Source: an uncultured Chloroflexia bacterium
GTDB lineage: Bacteria; Chloroflexota; Dehalococcoidia; SM23-28-2; RBG-16-64-32
Reading direction: 5' to 3'
DNA length: 64,000 bases
NCBI GenBank assembly: GCA_963717065.1
Contig: CAVQVC010000001.1
Coordinates: 199,643 to 263,642, forward strand
The notes beneath the pieces were generated by a model that searched no databases, was not told the origin of the DNA, and saw nothing but the letters and a program-made list of their open reading frames with translations. Shown here in pieces: positions 10,364-21,273 of the stretch. The translations under genes were made by a program, and so were the position numbers. The number at the start of each line of letters is the position of its first letter. Position 1 is the first letter of the stretch.

Positions 10364-10864
10364 TTGTTCGGTCTCGGTGTGCTCAAAGGCCTATCGGTAA
10401 CCCTTCGTTACCTGGTGCGCAGGCCCTTCACCACGCAGTACCCGGACGATGTCCGGCCCATTCCCGTCAACGCTCGCACCAATCTCCTCTGGTTTGAGGA
10501 GCGCTGCACCGGCTGTTCGACCTGCGCCCAGGCCTGCCCTGATGGGTGCATTCTCGTCCAGACGACCCCGCGTGAGGACGGCGCCCTTAACATCGACCGC
10601 TACGAAATCGACTTCCGTCTCTGCATGTACTGCGGCCTCTGCGTCGAGGCCTGCCCGTACGAAGCCATCCAGGCCGGTGGTCCCCTCAATGACGCCGCCT
10701 ACGACTTCAACGAGCTGTACCGGAACAAGCACGCCCTCACGAAAATGGCGCAGGAACACCTCCACACGCACGACCACACCTATCCCAACGGCAAAAAGGC
10801 GCCCGTCGGCGAGGAAATCCCCCTGCACCTTGGCAAACCCGTAGAGCGCGACCGTGTCCGATAG
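10364..10864 (+). CDS. nuoI: NADH-quinone oxidoreductase subunit I (2x[4Fe-4S] ferredoxin)
   Basis: CTGCSTCAQACP and CMYCGLCVEACP motifs. LKGLSVTLRYL...YPDD N-terminus. TTG start at 10364 with a GGAGGAG RBS. The longer ORF begins at 10097. Confidence 0.8.
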   Translation: MFGLGVLKGLSVTLRYLVRRPFTTQYPDDVRPIPVNARTNLLWFEERCTGCSTCAQACPDGCILVQTTPREDGALNIDRYEIDFRLCMYCGLCVEACPYEAIQAGGPLNDAAYDFNELYRNKHALTKMAQEHLHTHDHTYPNGKKAPVGEEIPLHLGKPVERDRVR

Positions 10865-13509
10865 CCCGCTCGTCAAGATATCGCTCGACGGCCGTGAGAT
10901 CGAGGCCCCCGAAGGCGCCCCCCTCGTCGAAGTCATCAAGAACTCCGGCACCTTCATCTCCAACCTCTGCTACATCGACGGCCGCCCTCCTTACGCCGGT
11001 TGCCGTACCTGCCTCGTCGAGATCGAGGGCGCGCGCGGCTACCAACTCTCATGTACAAGCCGTATCGCCGACGGCATGATCGTCCGCACCGAGGGGCATG
11101 AGCTCTTCCAGACGCGCCAGGCAGTACTTTCGTTGATCCTCTCGTATCACTCCGACCGCTGCCTCACCTGCCACCGCGTGGTGAAATGCAAGCCCGGCGA
11201 CACCTGCCTGCGTGACGGCACGGTGACGCACCGATGTCTTACCTGCTCCAAGAACTACCGCTGCGAGCTGCAAACAACCTGCGAGATGCTGGAGATGGCA
11301 GGCTTCGAGCCCTGGGATGGCGACGAGCGCACCTACTACAACACCCCGCAACCGCCTCCCGACCAGGCCAACCCCTTCCTCGAGTTCGATCCCCAGATGT
11401 GCATCATCTGCACACGCTGCGTGCGCGCCTGCGACGAGTTGCGCCATACCGGCGCCATCACCCTCGCCGGCCGCGGCCCCAGCACCCGCATCGAGTTCGG
11501 CCAGGGCGGCCCCGTCCACGACTCTAATTGCGACTTCTGCGGCGCCTGCATCGACGTCTGCCCTACCGCCACGCTCATGGAGCATCCCAACAAGTGGGGC
11601 GCCACCCAGACCGAGCGCTGGACTCCGACCACCTGCACCCAGTGCTCCGTCGGCTGCTCGATCTTCCTCGGCTCGAAGAAGGGCCGGGGCGTCATCGTCC
11701 GGCCGGACACCACCTCCAATCCCGTCAGCCGCGACCAGCTGTGCGTCCGCGGCCGCTTCCACTACGATGCCGTCAAGAACACCGCCCGTCTCGCGACGCC
11801 GCTGATTCGCCGCAACGGCGGCCAGGACGCCGCTGACTGGGACGAGGCGCTTGAATTCACGGCCGCCCGCATCGCCCAGGTGCGGGAGGAGCATGGCCCC
11901 GACGCCATCGGCTTCCTCACCTCGCCGCTCGCCACCAACGAAGAGAACTACCTCCTCGGCAAAGTGGCCCGCGCAATCGTTGGCACGAACAACGTCGACT
12001 CCAGCGCCGGTCCGGTGATCAGCGCCGCCGCCGAGAGTCTGCGCGCCTCCTTTGGCAGCGAGGTCCTCCCGGCCGACATGGCGCGCCTGGCGCAGTCGAA
12101 GACCATCCTCGTCGTCGCCACCGACCTTGAGTCCAGTCACAACGTCGCCGCGCTTCGGATCAAGGACGCAGCCGTCTACGGCAAGGCCCGAGTCGTCGTC
12201 GTCAGCCCCCTCTGGGGCGAGCTGAACGACTTCGCGGAGGTCTGGGTCTGCCCGAAGCCGGGCGAGGAGGCCGCCGCCGTCGCCGCTATCTCCGCCGCGG
12301 TCGAGAAACAGAAGGGCGTTGAGGGAGAGGGTTCCGCGCCACCGTCCGGCCTCAGCGAAGATATCAACCGCGCCGCCGCTGTGATTTCCGCAGGCGAGCA
12401 CCCCCTGTCCATCGTTTACGCTCTCCCGCACACCGGCACGGATGCAGCGCGCGTCGATTACCGCAGCGCTCGCTAACACTGCGATCGCCTGCGACCCGCG
12501 GAGAGCGGGACAGGCCCTCTTCATACTTCCCCAGGAAGCCAACGTCTGGGGCATGCGCGATCTCGCCGGCTCGCCTGACCTGCTCCCCGGCTACCGCCGA
12601 GCTGGAGACGAGGCCGCGCGCACCGACATGCAGCGCCTCTGGGGCGCTCAACTCCCATCCGCTCCCGGTTTGACGTTCGAGCAGATGCTCTCAAACGGCA
12701 AGCTCAAGGCGCTTGTCGTGATGAACGACAACCCGCTCATGCTCGCCGCGGCCAGCGCGCGCACTCGCCGGAGCCTTGAATCGCTCGAATTCCTCGCCGT
12801 TATCGACTCGCTGCCAACCGACACGGCGAACCTCGCGCACGCCGTGCTCGCCGGTGTCAGCCCCTGGGCAAAGGAAGGCACCACCACCAGCGCCGACCGC
12901 CGCATCCTTCGCATGCACGCCGCCGTCGAACCGCAGGGCGAGGCGCGGCAAGGCTGGCGCATCCTCAGCGAGCTGGGCACACGGCTCGCTGAACGCATGA
13001 ATCCGGGCGAGATCCGCATCAACTACCAGCGCCCGGCCGAGATCATGGAGGAGATCGCACAGGTGGTCCCGCTCTACCAGGACGCGACCTACCGTGACAT
13101 GGACTCCGGTGCGCGGCCCCACATCAACGGCCTCGGCCCCCGCGCCGCCACACGCCAGGCAGTCCCGGCGGCACCCTTGCCCGTCGGGAGCGGGGGTTTC
13201 ACCCTCCTCGCCACACGAAGCCTTTACATGAGCTACGAGGGCGCCGCCATCCACTCGCCCGAGGCAGACCGCCTTCACCGCGAGGACTCCGTCAAAATGA
13301 ACCCCGCCGACGCCGCCTCTCTCGGTCTCTCCGAGGGCGACCGCGTCACGCTCAGCGCGAACGGCGCCCAACTTACCGCTCCGGTCGGCATCACCGCAGC
13401 GATCCAACCGCGCATGCTCTACCTGCCGCTCTACTTCGATGCCGGCGCCGTCACCGCCCTCTTCGAATCTGACGCACCCGTCGTTCAGGTCGAACTCGCG
13501 CGCGCCTGA
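10854..13509 (+). pseudogene. nuoG: NADH-quinone oxidoreductase subunit G (2Fe-2S, 4Fe-4S and molybdopterin-like domain), one frameshift near 12445-12475
   Basis: N-terminal 2Fe-2S CRTC...C, HxxxC...CxxC and 4Fe-4S motifs. The reading frame moves +1 around GATTACCGC; removing one T gives a continuous ...VDTAALANTAIACD... The C-terminal 355 aa continue as the molybdopterin-like domain. Confidence 0.8.
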
Positions 13510-13565
13510 CAGCCACCGCCTCATACTCACTTCCTACTTCCCTCAACCTCCCGTATTATTGATCC

Positions 13566-13799
13566 GTGGCTGACAATCCCGACTCCCTCGTCCTCCTCGG
13601 CGTGGCTACCGACCAGCTCGAGGCCAACGTCTGGCGCGATATCCTGGACAAGGAAGGCATCGGCATCTTCGTGAAGGACGCCGACCCGCTCTCGGTCACC
13701 GGCATCACTCCCAGCACGAACAGTCTCCAGGTCTTCGTCAAGGCCGCCGACGAAAAGCGCGCCCGCTGGCTCCTCGGCGACGGCACCGCTGCCGAATAA
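13566..13799 (+). CDS. DUF2007-like small protein (putative signal-transducing protein)
   Basis: 77 aa. Hydrophobic spacing pattern typical of DUF2007. Immediately upstream of the Lon-N gene. Confidence 0.45.
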   Translation: MADNPDSLVLLGVATDQLEANVWRDILDKEGIGIFVKDADPLSVTGITPSTNSLQVFVKAADEKRARWLLGDGTAAE

Positions 13800-13810
13800 C
13801 GACCGTCGCC

Positions 13811-14461
13811 ATGGAACTCCCGCTCTTTCCGCTCGACACCGTCCTCTTCCCGGGCGCTACGATGCCAATCCACATCTTTGAGGAGCGGTACAAGGAGATG
13901 GTCTCGCTCTGCCTCGATGAGAAACGCCCGTTCGGAGTCCTTCTCATCCGCGAAGGATCAGAGGTAGGCGCGCCCGCCAGACCGTACGAGGTCGGGACCA
14001 CGGCTCTCATCACCACCGTGCAGGCGCTGGAAGAAGGCCGGATGAACCTCATTTGCTTTGGGGGCCAGCGCTTCCGCGTCGCGTCCACCTCCACCGCCCG
14101 TCCCTACCTGCTCGGCGACGTTGAGGTGCTCCAGTCCGTCAACGAGACCGACGAAGAGACGATCGATTACGCGGAAACGGCCTCCGAGCTCTTCGTGGAG
14201 TACGTCCGGCTCTACCTGGCGATCTCCAACCAGTGGGCCAGCGGCGTCGAGATGCCCTCCGAACCCGACCGTCTCGCCGACTACATCGGCTCCCGCCTGG
14301 CCGTCGACAACGAGACCAAGCAGCGCCTGCTCGAAGAGCTCTCCGCCCATAACCGTCTCGCTGTCGAGTTGGACCTGCTCGGCGACCTCATCGGCAGCAT
14401 GTCGCAGCGCCTGGAAGCCGCCCGCAGCTCCCGCTGGGCAGGCTTCGCCGTCATGAACTGA
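13811..14461 (+). CDS. Lon protease N-terminal (substrate-binding) domain protein
   Basis: LPLFPLDTVLFPGATMPIHIFEERY motif. No ATPase or protease domain. Confidence 0.7.
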   Translation: MELPLFPLDTVLFPGATMPIHIFEERYKEMVSLCLDEKRPFGVLLIREGSEVGAPARPYEVGTTALITTVQALEEGRMNLICFGGQRFRVASTSTARPYLLGDVEVLQSVNETDEETIDYAETASELFVEYVRLYLAISNQWASGVEMPSEPDRLADYIGSRLAVDNETKQRLLEELSAHNRLAVELDLLGDLIGSMSQRLEAARSSRWAGFAVMN

Positions 14462-14465
14462 CACC

Positions 14466-15782
14466 TCACACCTCCGTCCCCGGCCGCAGTGGGCTCGCCG
14501 CTTCCGCCTCCTCCATCGCGTGCGCCCCGATCTCTGCCTCCATCTCCGGTGTCTCCCGGAGCCAGCGGGCCGGCGACAGGAACACCCAGAGCGCCGCCGC
14601 GAACGTCATCGCCGCGCCCGCCACCAGCGTCGTCCGCAGCCCCAACGTCTCCCCCATCACTCCGCCGATCAGCGAGCCCGCCAGCATCGCCGCCAGGCTG
14701 CTCAGCCGGACGGTAGCGTTCACCCGGCCCAACATTCGTTCCGGCGTCAGCGTCTGCCGCAGGCTCATCTGGTTCACCTCGAACACCGTCGCCCCGCCGT
14801 CCCCCACCAGTTGCTGCGCGATCAGGAACCCCGCCGCCAGGACGCTCGCGTCCCCCGCCAGCGGAATGAACAGCATCGATACCGCCATCAGCGTCAGCCC
14901 TCCCCACATCGACGGCCCGACCCCGAACCTCCGAGCGCTCCGCTGCGCCAGCAGAGCCCCGAACAGCGAGCTGACCCCGCCCAGCGCGAAAATCATCCCC
15001 AGCACTCCCGGCTTGAACCCGAGATCCTTCGCGACGTACAGCAGGAACACCGCCCCGAACAGCCGCCATGACAGCTCAAGCGTGATCGCGGCCGCCGCCG
15101 TCGACCTCAGCAGCGCGTTCCCCAGCAGGAACCGCAGCCCCTGCATGATCTCGGTCCGCGCGCTCAGCCTCTCGTGGGCCGGCGCGGGTTCCGGTTCCGG
15201 CCTCCGGATTGCGGCCACGAACGCCGCCGAGAAGAGGAACGAGACGGCGTCGATCAGTATCGTCACCGGGCCGGTCACGATTTGCACGAGCCAACCTGAG
15301 AGGCTGAACCCCGCCACCTCCGCTACCGAGCTGCTCGCCGCCAGCTTGCTGTTTCCTTCCAGCAACTCTTCCTTCTTCACCAGCGACGGCAGGTAGGACA
15401 GGTAAGCCACGTCGAAGCTAATCGTGAGGATCCCCACGAAGAAACCGATGACGTAGAGCTGGGCCATGCTCAGCGCGTCGAACAGGTGCGCGAGCGGGAT
15501 CGTCGCCAGCAGCGCGAAGCGCCCGATGTCGGCAATGATCATGATCGGCCGCCGCCGCAGCCGGTCCACCCAGACGCCGATCAGCGGCCCCAGCAGGAAC
15601 GCCGGCGCCAGCTCCGCCGTGTAAAGCCCCGCCACCTCCAGCGGCCCCGCGTCCAGCACCAGGATCGCCACGAACGGTAGCGCCGTCCGCCCCACCATCG
15701 ATCCAAAGATGGAGATCGTCTCGCCCGCCCAGAGCTTGACGAAGTCCGGGTTTCGCCAGAGCCCCGTGAAGCGAGAGCCCAT
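14466..15782 (-). CDS. MFS transporter
   Basis: 438 aa, 12 predicted TM. GxLaDRxGRRP-like motif (VWVDRLRRRPIMI). Confidence 0.8.
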   Translation of the reverse strand: MGSRFTGLWRNPDFVKLWAGETISIFGSMVGRTALPFVAILVLDAGPLEVAGLYTAELAPAFLLGPLIGVWVDRLRRRPIMIIADIGRFALLATIPLAHLFDALSMAQLYVIGFFVGILTISFDVAYLSYLPSLVKKEELLEGNSKLAASSSVAEVAGFSLSGWLVQIVTGPVTILIDAVSFLFSAAFVAAIRRPEPEPAPAHERLSARTEIMQGLRFLLGNALLRSTAAAAITLELSWRLFGAVFLLYVAKDLGFKPGVLGMIFALGGVSSLFGALLAQRSARRFGVGPSMWGGLTLMAVSMLFIPLAGDASVLAAGFLIAQQLVGDGGATVFEVNQMSLRQTLTPERMLGRVNATVRLSSLAAMLAGSLIGGVMGETLGLRTTLVAGAAMTFAAALWVFLSPARWLRETPEMEAEIGAHAMEEAEAASPLRPGTEV

Positions 15783-15794
15783 CGTTTGCTACGT

Positions 15795-16799
15795 CTAGGG
15801 GTTTAGCTGCACTTTGAGGCACCCGCTGGACTTGTCCGAAGCCGTCGAGAATGCCTCCACCGCCTCGTCCAACGGATAGCGGTGCGTGATCAGCGAGCGC
15901 GCCCGCTCCTGCTCTCGCTCCAGGATCTGCAGCGCATTGTCGAAGTCCGAGTTCATCCCCGGCCGGCAGTATGTGATGCCGCCGACGATCCGCGCTTCCT
16001 TCAGCATCAGCCCCAGCGCGTTGATCTGCGACGGCTGCGTGAACAGTCCCAGGACCGATATCCGGCCGCCCGGCCGCACGATCCCCAGAGCCTGCGACAG
16101 CGTCGGCGCCGTCCCACCCACGGTCTCCACTACCACGTCGATCCCCTCCAGTCGGCCCATTTCGCTGTCCTTGAGCACGCTCGTCGCCCCCATCGCCAGC
16201 GCCGCCTGGCCCTGGTGCTCGTGCCGGTACGTCGCTATGACCTCGCCGGCGCCCGCCGCCTTCGCCGCCAGAACCGCCAGGAGTCCGATCGTTCCGCTGC
16301 CCATCACCAGCACCCTCTCGCCCATTACCAGGTCCACCAGGTGCAACCCGTGGACCGCCACCGCCAGAGGCTCCGTCAATGCCCCCAGCTCGAAATCCAG
16401 CGAGTCAGGCAATCGGTAGACCCCATAGGCAGGCACCGGCACGTACTCGGCCATCGCACCCGGCACGAAAGTTCCCATCAGCTGCCGGTTCGGGCAGAGC
16501 TGGTACTGTCCCGTCGTGCAGTAAGCGCACTCGCGGCAGTAGCGGATCGGTTCGATCGCGACGCGCTCTCCAATCTCGATGCCCGTCACGCCTTCGCCGA
16601 GCGCCGCGATCTCCCCTGCGTACTCGTGCCCGGGTGGAACAGCCGTCGCCGCCGGGAAGGCGCCGTGGTAGAAGTGCAAGTCTGAACCACAGATGCCGCA
16701 GGCCCGCACTCGCACCAGCACCTCCCCCGGCCCCGGCTTCGGGTCCTCCACCTCCCGCACCTCGATCACCTCTTTGCTCGTGTTAAACGCAGCCTTCAT
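15795..16799 (-). CDS. zinc-dependent alcohol/threonine dehydrogenase family (MDR)
   Basis: GICGSDLH and GHEYAGEI Zn-ligand motifs, GxGxxG Rossmann. Start chosen at MKAAFNT with a GGAG RBS. The longer ORF extends to 16898. Confidence 0.85.
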   Translation of the reverse strand: MKAAFNTSKEVIEVREVEDPKPGPGEVLVRVRACGICGSDLHFYHGAFPAATAVPPGHEYAGEIAALGEGVTGIEIGERVAIEPIRYCRECAYCTTGQYQLCPNRQLMGTFVPGAMAEYVPVPAYGVYRLPDSLDFELGALTEPLAVAVHGLHLVDLVMGERVLVMGSGTIGLLAVLAAKAAGAGEVIATYRHEHQGQAALAMGATSVLKDSEMGRLEGIDVVVETVGGTAPTLSQALGIVRPGGRISVLGLFTQPSQINALGLMLKEARIVGGITYCRPGMNSDFDNALQILEREQERARSLITHRYPLDEAVEAFSTASDKSSGCLKVQLNP

Positions 16800-16856
16800 C
16801 CGACGCTCCGAACTTCGACTTCCAACTTTCGACTCCGCACACTGTATCATCGAACC

Positions 16857-17696
16857 ATGCGAGCGCTGAACCAGCCCGTAAGCTGGTGGGGGTGGCACTG
16901 GGAGCCTCCCACGCCGATGTCCATTGCCGAACTCATCGAGGCCGGGAACATGGACGCCCGTCTCGCCGCCATGTTCTGGATCGGCATGGAGCGTGGCGCC
17001 TCCATCATCGTCGCCGCTGAGCCGCCCAACTCCGGCAAGACCACCACCGTCAGCGCTCTACTCCCCTTCACCCCTCCCGATACGCTCGTCTACTTCACTC
17101 GCGGCCAGGGGGAGCCCTTCGCCCTGCCCGTCCTCTCCGATGCCTATCCCACCTACATTCTGATCAACGAGCTAAGCGACCACATCCCCGTTTACACCTG
17201 GAACGGAAACGCCCGCCGAGCATTCGAGCTGCTCTCTCAGGGCTATCGCATCGCCTCAACGATGCACGACGTGACGGTCGAAGGCGTCCTAAAGCAGCTC
17301 GAAGACCTCAACATCCCCCGCGGCCGCCTCGCGCACCTCACGTTTATCGTCCCGATGTATATCGGAACGCTCTACCCGCCGATGCGCCGAGTCCAGGAAG
17401 TAGCGTTCCTCCAGCCCGACGGGGACGAAGATCTGAAAGCGAGTACCATCGCCACCTGGGACATCAAGACCGACACCTTCGAAGTACTGGCGAAACCTGA
17501 GGACCGCGAAGGGTTCGCTGTCTGGGCCGGAATGTCAACAGCCGAACTCGAGAAAGAACTTAACCGCCGTGAGGGAATCCTCACCGGATGGCTGAAACAC
17601 GGCATCACATCGATCCCGGAGATAAACAACGCGCTCGAAGACTTCTACGCCGGACTGGAACCCCGTAGGTCAGAACCTGTGACGGACGAGCGCTAG
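16857..17696 (+). CDS. P-loop NTPase resembling the T2SS/T4P/T4SS secretion ATPase core (CpaF/VirB11-like), orphan
   Basis: IIVAAEPPNSGKTTTVSALL Walker A. YILINE Walker-B-like. Architecture similar to the CpaF C-terminal half. No partner secretion genes nearby. Confidence 0.45.
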   Translation: MRALNQPVSWWGWHWEPPTPMSIAELIEAGNMDARLAAMFWIGMERGASIIVAAEPPNSGKTTTVSALLPFTPPDTLVYFTRGQGEPFALPVLSDAYPTYILINELSDHIPVYTWNGNARRAFELLSQGYRIASTMHDVTVEGVLKQLEDLNIPRGRLAHLTFIVPMYIGTLYPPMRRVQEVAFLQPDGDEDLKASTIATWDIKTDTFEVLAKPEDREGFAVWAGMSTAELEKELNRREGILTGWLKHGITSIPEINNALEDFYAGLEPRRSEPVTDER

Positions 17697-18370
17697 CTTC
17701 GTCCCGCCAGCGCCGCTGCCGCCCGCTCCCAGTCCGAGAAGTTTTCGAATACCATCTGCGCGCCGCATTCTTGTAACTGATCGGTCGTGTAGCTCCCGGT
17801 CGCCACCCCAACAGCAGTAACACCGTTCTCCAGCGCCGCCTTCACGTCTAGCGGCGTATCGCCGATTACGAGCACCTCCCGGCCGGACGCCCCGTCCGCC
17901 AATCGCTTGATCGCCGCCCCCACCACATCCGATCGGTCCAGGCTCTCCTCACCGAATCCCCCTCCCGCGAAGTAATGCGCGATACCGTAGTGGCTCAACT
18001 TCATCTTCCCTGACTCGCTGAAGTTGCCTGTCGCCAGCCCCAGCCGGACGTCACGCATCTGCGACAGCAGCTCTAGGAGCTGGGGAAATCCGGGCATCAA
18101 CTCCCCCTCTCGTTCCTCGAGGCTCTCGGGTAGCAGCGCATAGTATCGCCCAAGGAACGTGTCGAGGTGCGTCTCCACGCCGCCGTCAATACCGTGCGCC
18201 GCAAGACCATCGCGAAGGATCCCGAGGTCCGTCCGCCCGCTGAACTCGATCTTCCCGAACCCATCGCCGATCCCGAACATCTCGGCGAACGCCAGGTTCA
18301 TCGCGTGTCCGCCTGCCCCGCCCGAGTAGAGCAAGGTGTTATCGATATCGAATAGGAGTACTCGCGTCAC
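17693..18370 (-). CDS. HAD-superfamily hydrolase (phosphoglycolate phosphatase-like)
   Basis: DIDNT motif I (LLFDIDNTLL), motif II T, motif III K and GDTPLD. Confidence 0.8.
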   Translation of the reverse strand: MTRVLLFDIDNTLLYSGGAGGHAMNLAFAEMFGIGDGFGKIEFSGRTDLGILRDGLAAHGIDGGVETHLDTFLGRYYALLPESLEEREGELMPGFPQLLELLSQMRDVRLGLATGNFSESGKMKLSHYGIAHYFAGGGFGEESLDRSDVVGAAIKRLADGASGREVLVIGDTPLDVKAALENGVTAVGVATGSYTTDQLQECGAQMVFENFSDWERAAAALAGRS

Positions 18371-18414
18371 TCTGACAACCGACTACTGACTACTGATCTG
18401 CTGAGAACTGACTG

Positions 18415-18747
18415 CTACTTCTCAGCGGGCTTCCCGGCCTTTAACCAGGCGTCTGTGCCGCCCTCAAGGTTGAACAGCCGTGTCAACCCCGCGGCGGCCG
18501 CCATCTCTGCCGCCAGGGCGCTCCGCTGCCCCACGGCGCAGACGAAGATCAGGTCCTTGTCGGTCGGCAGCTCCGCGCGCCGCGCGTAGACGCTGTTCAC
18601 CGGTATCAACGTTGCGCCTGGGACGTGACCGGCGTCGTACTCGAACGGCTCGCGCACGTCAATCACCGCAGCGCCGTTGGACTTCATCTCGTCCGCTTCG
18701 TCCACCGTAATCCGCGTGAACGGCTCGCGCGGGTCTTTCGTTGCCAT
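18415..18747 (-). CDS. single-domain rhodanese (sulfurtransferase)
   Basis: Active-site loop CAVGQRS. 110 aa. Confidence 0.8.
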   Translation of the reverse strand: MATKDPREPFTRITVDEADEMKSNGAAVIDVREPFEYDAGHVPGATLIPVNSVYARRAELPTDKDLIFVCAVGQRSALAAEMAAAAGLTRLFNLEGGTDAWLKAGKPAEK

Positions 18748-18911
18748 GTTCGGGGGCCTCCTCCGTCACCGGGCGCCGGTCGATTACACACATTGCGCTC
18801 GGAATACTGTTCCAATCTCATTCTAAACCACCGCGATTCGCCTGCCGCAATGGACGGTCCTGTTGGAACCGCCCGCGCCCTCCGCTATCATGCCCATGGA
18901 AGGAGGCCACC

Positions 18912-19451
18912 ATGGTAGATCCCGCACAGATCACGGACCTCGTCGAAAAGATGTCGCAGGAGCGAGGCAAGCTCCTCGGCGAGCTCGAAGGGATGGACGA
19001 GGAGCGCGCCTCCACGCCTTACAAACCCGGCGATTGGAACCAGAAGCAACAGATGTCACACCTCTGCGAGATGGAAGCCGCCTACCGGGCCTGGGTCGAG
19101 CGGGGCCTGGAAGAAGACGGCGCAGACGTCGATGGCCTCCGCGGCGAGCGGCCGGCGATACCACTCGAATCGGCGAACGATCACACCGCCGCCGAGCACC
19201 TCGCCGAGATGCGCCGCCAGCGCGAGATCACCTCGCAGCTCATCGCCTCAATGAAGCCGGAGGACTTCGACCGCACGGCGAAAAACTCGCTGTTCGGCTC
19301 GCTGACGCTCATGCAGTGGCTCCGCTCCTATTACCGGCATGACCGCATGCACTACGACCAGGTCCGCGGCGAGGAGCCCAGCTACAAGCCGAAGTTCGCC
19401 GGTGGGGGCGCCGAGCCGGATCAGCGCCGCGGCCCCCGCATCGGCGCCTGA
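18912..19451 (+). CDS. DinB/YfiT-like (DinB_2) four-helix-bundle protein
   Basis: Start MVDPAQIT with a GGAAGGAGG RBS. His-containing helices typical of the DinB_2 superfamily. Confidence 0.5.
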   Translation: MVDPAQITDLVEKMSQERGKLLGELEGMDEERASTPYKPGDWNQKQQMSHLCEMEAAYRAWVERGLEEDGADVDGLRGERPAIPLESANDHTAAEHLAEMRRQREITSQLIASMKPEDFDRTAKNSLFGSLTLMQWLRSYYRHDRMHYDQVRGEEPSYKPKFAGGGAEPDQRRGPRIGA

Positions 19452-20461
19452 TGCCCGGGCCGCGCGTCTACGTCACCCGCCACCTTCCCGGCGCCGCGCT
19501 GGCATATCTGGCGGAACGGTCCGATCTGCGAGTCTGGGACGGTGACACTCCTGTCCCACCGGCTGAGCTGCGGAGAACGGTCGGCAAGCGACACGGGGCA
19601 TCCTCACCCTCCTTACGGATCGTATTGACGACGAGCTCTTGGCCGCCGCGGACCGATTGTCGGTCATTAGCAACATGGCCACCGGCTACGACAACATCGA
19701 TGTCGAGTCCGCGACCCGTCGAGGCGTGCTGGTGACCCGCACCCCGGGCGTGCTCAGCGAGACCACTGCAGACTTTACGTTCGCGCTTCTTCTCGCCGCC
19801 GCGCGGCGCGTGGTGGAGGCAGACCGCTACGTCCGAGAAGGAAACTGGCGCGACATGGGGCCCCGAAGTGCTCCTCGGTCATGACGTCCACGGGGCAACC
19901 ATCGGCATCATCGGCATGGGCGGCATCGGCCAGGAGGTCGCGAAGCGCGCCCGCGGCTTCGGCATGCGCATTCTCTACAACAGCCGCAGCCCGAAGCCGC
20001 CGCTCGAGCGCCGGTACCGGATGCAGTTCGCCCCCCTGGACAATCTCCTCCAGGAATCCGACTTCGTCACTCTTCACGCCCCACTCACTCCCGACACCCG
20101 CCACTTCATCGGCGAACGAGAGCTCCGCCTCATGAGATCGACTGCCGTGCTCGTCAATACCGCCCGCGGTCCGCTCGTCGACCAGAAGGCCTTGTACAAA
20201 GCGCTCTCGGAGCGCTGGATCGCGGCTGCCGCCCTCGACGTTACCGATCCTGAACCGATCGCCTCGGACGACCCCCTCCTGTCGCTCGACAACCTGGTCA
20301 TCGCGCCCCACATCGCCAGCGCCAGCGTCGCCACGCGTTCCCGAATGGCCATGCTCGCCGCCGAGCAGCTGGTTCAGGCACTCGAAGGCAAAGTGCCTGA
20401 GCACGTCGTGAACCGCGATGCTGTGCGCGTGTGGAAGCGCCGTCTTACGCGGGACGGTTGA
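19451..20461 (+). pseudogene. D-isomer-specific 2-hydroxyacid dehydrogenase (glyoxylate/hydroxypyruvate reductase-like), two frameshifts
   Basis: Three ORF pieces in frames 2/1/2. Frame changes fall at GGGG (about 19600) and GGGGCCCC (about 19860). GIIGMGGIGQEVAKRA NAD motif and catalytic R/E/H are present. Confidence 0.8.
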
Positions 20462-20555
20462 CGCCGCATCTGATTCGGTGCTACCGTCCCTCTTGGCCCC
20501 TGAATCTGCGCAAGGCTCACTAACCACATCTATTCCGCACCCGTTCTGTAACTGA

Positions 20556-21212
20556 ATGCCCGAAAAACAAGGTAATCTCTGGCTCGCCAAGGCTCTCTGG
20601 GACCTTGGTGCAATCCAATTCGGCGACTACACGATCGGCCGTACGACCGAGCATTCCCCCGTCTACGTAAACCTGCGCCTCCTCATCAGCAATCCTCGCG
20701 CCCTCGCCCGCGCCGCCCGCGTGATGCACGAGGAAGTCCAGGCGCTACAGGCGATGCGCCAACCCCACGTGCAGCCTTTTCAGCGGGTTTGCGGCATTCC
20801 CTTCGGAGGCCTCCACCTCGCTACCGCCTATGCCCTTCGCAGCCAGGTGCCGATGGTCTACGTGCATCCCGCCAAGGAACGCAACGGTAACCGAGTCTGG
20901 GTTGAGGGACGTTACGAAAAGGGCGAGCGTGTGCTCCTGATCGACGACCTCGTCACCAGCGGCGGTGGCATCGTTGAGACCGCGAACTTCCTCGGCGCCA
21001 ACGCCGGCCTCGAGGTGAGGGACGCCCTCGTTCTCCTCGACCGGCAGGAAGGCGCCAGGGAACAGCTCAAGCCGCGCGGCGTCAATCTCATCTCCATCCT
21101 CGGCCTCGAGTCGATGCTCAACTACCTCATGGCTTCGGGCCTCATCGAGGAAGAGAACTTCCGCCGCAGCATCCGGTACATTCAGGGCCGCCGCGCCGAA
21201 CGCGGCGGATAA
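20556..21212 (+). CDS. pyrE: orotate phosphoribosyltransferase
   Basis: PRPP-binding VLLIDDLVTSGGG. Length and N-terminal pattern of PyrE. Confidence 0.85.
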   Translation: MPEKQGNLWLAKALWDLGAIQFGDYTIGRTTEHSPVYVNLRLLISNPRALARAARVMHEEVQALQAMRQPHVQPFQRVCGIPFGGLHLATAYALRSQVPMVYVHPAKERNGNRVWVEGRYEKGERVLLIDDLVTSGGGIVETANFLGANAGLEVRDALVLLDRQEGAREQLKPRGVNLISILGLESMLNYLMASGLIEEENFRRSIRYIQGRRAERGG

Positions 21213-21273
21213 ACCGCTTCTCACTGTAACCGCAGGCGTCCCATGAGCATCTTTTACACCGAGACCCATTGCT

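Noticed and set aside
18371-18414. CTGACTACTGA / CTGATAACTGA short direct repeats (also at 58955-58985)
   Set aside because: Stop-codon-rich intergenic spacers of a few repeat units. Too short and too few to be a meaningful repeat class.
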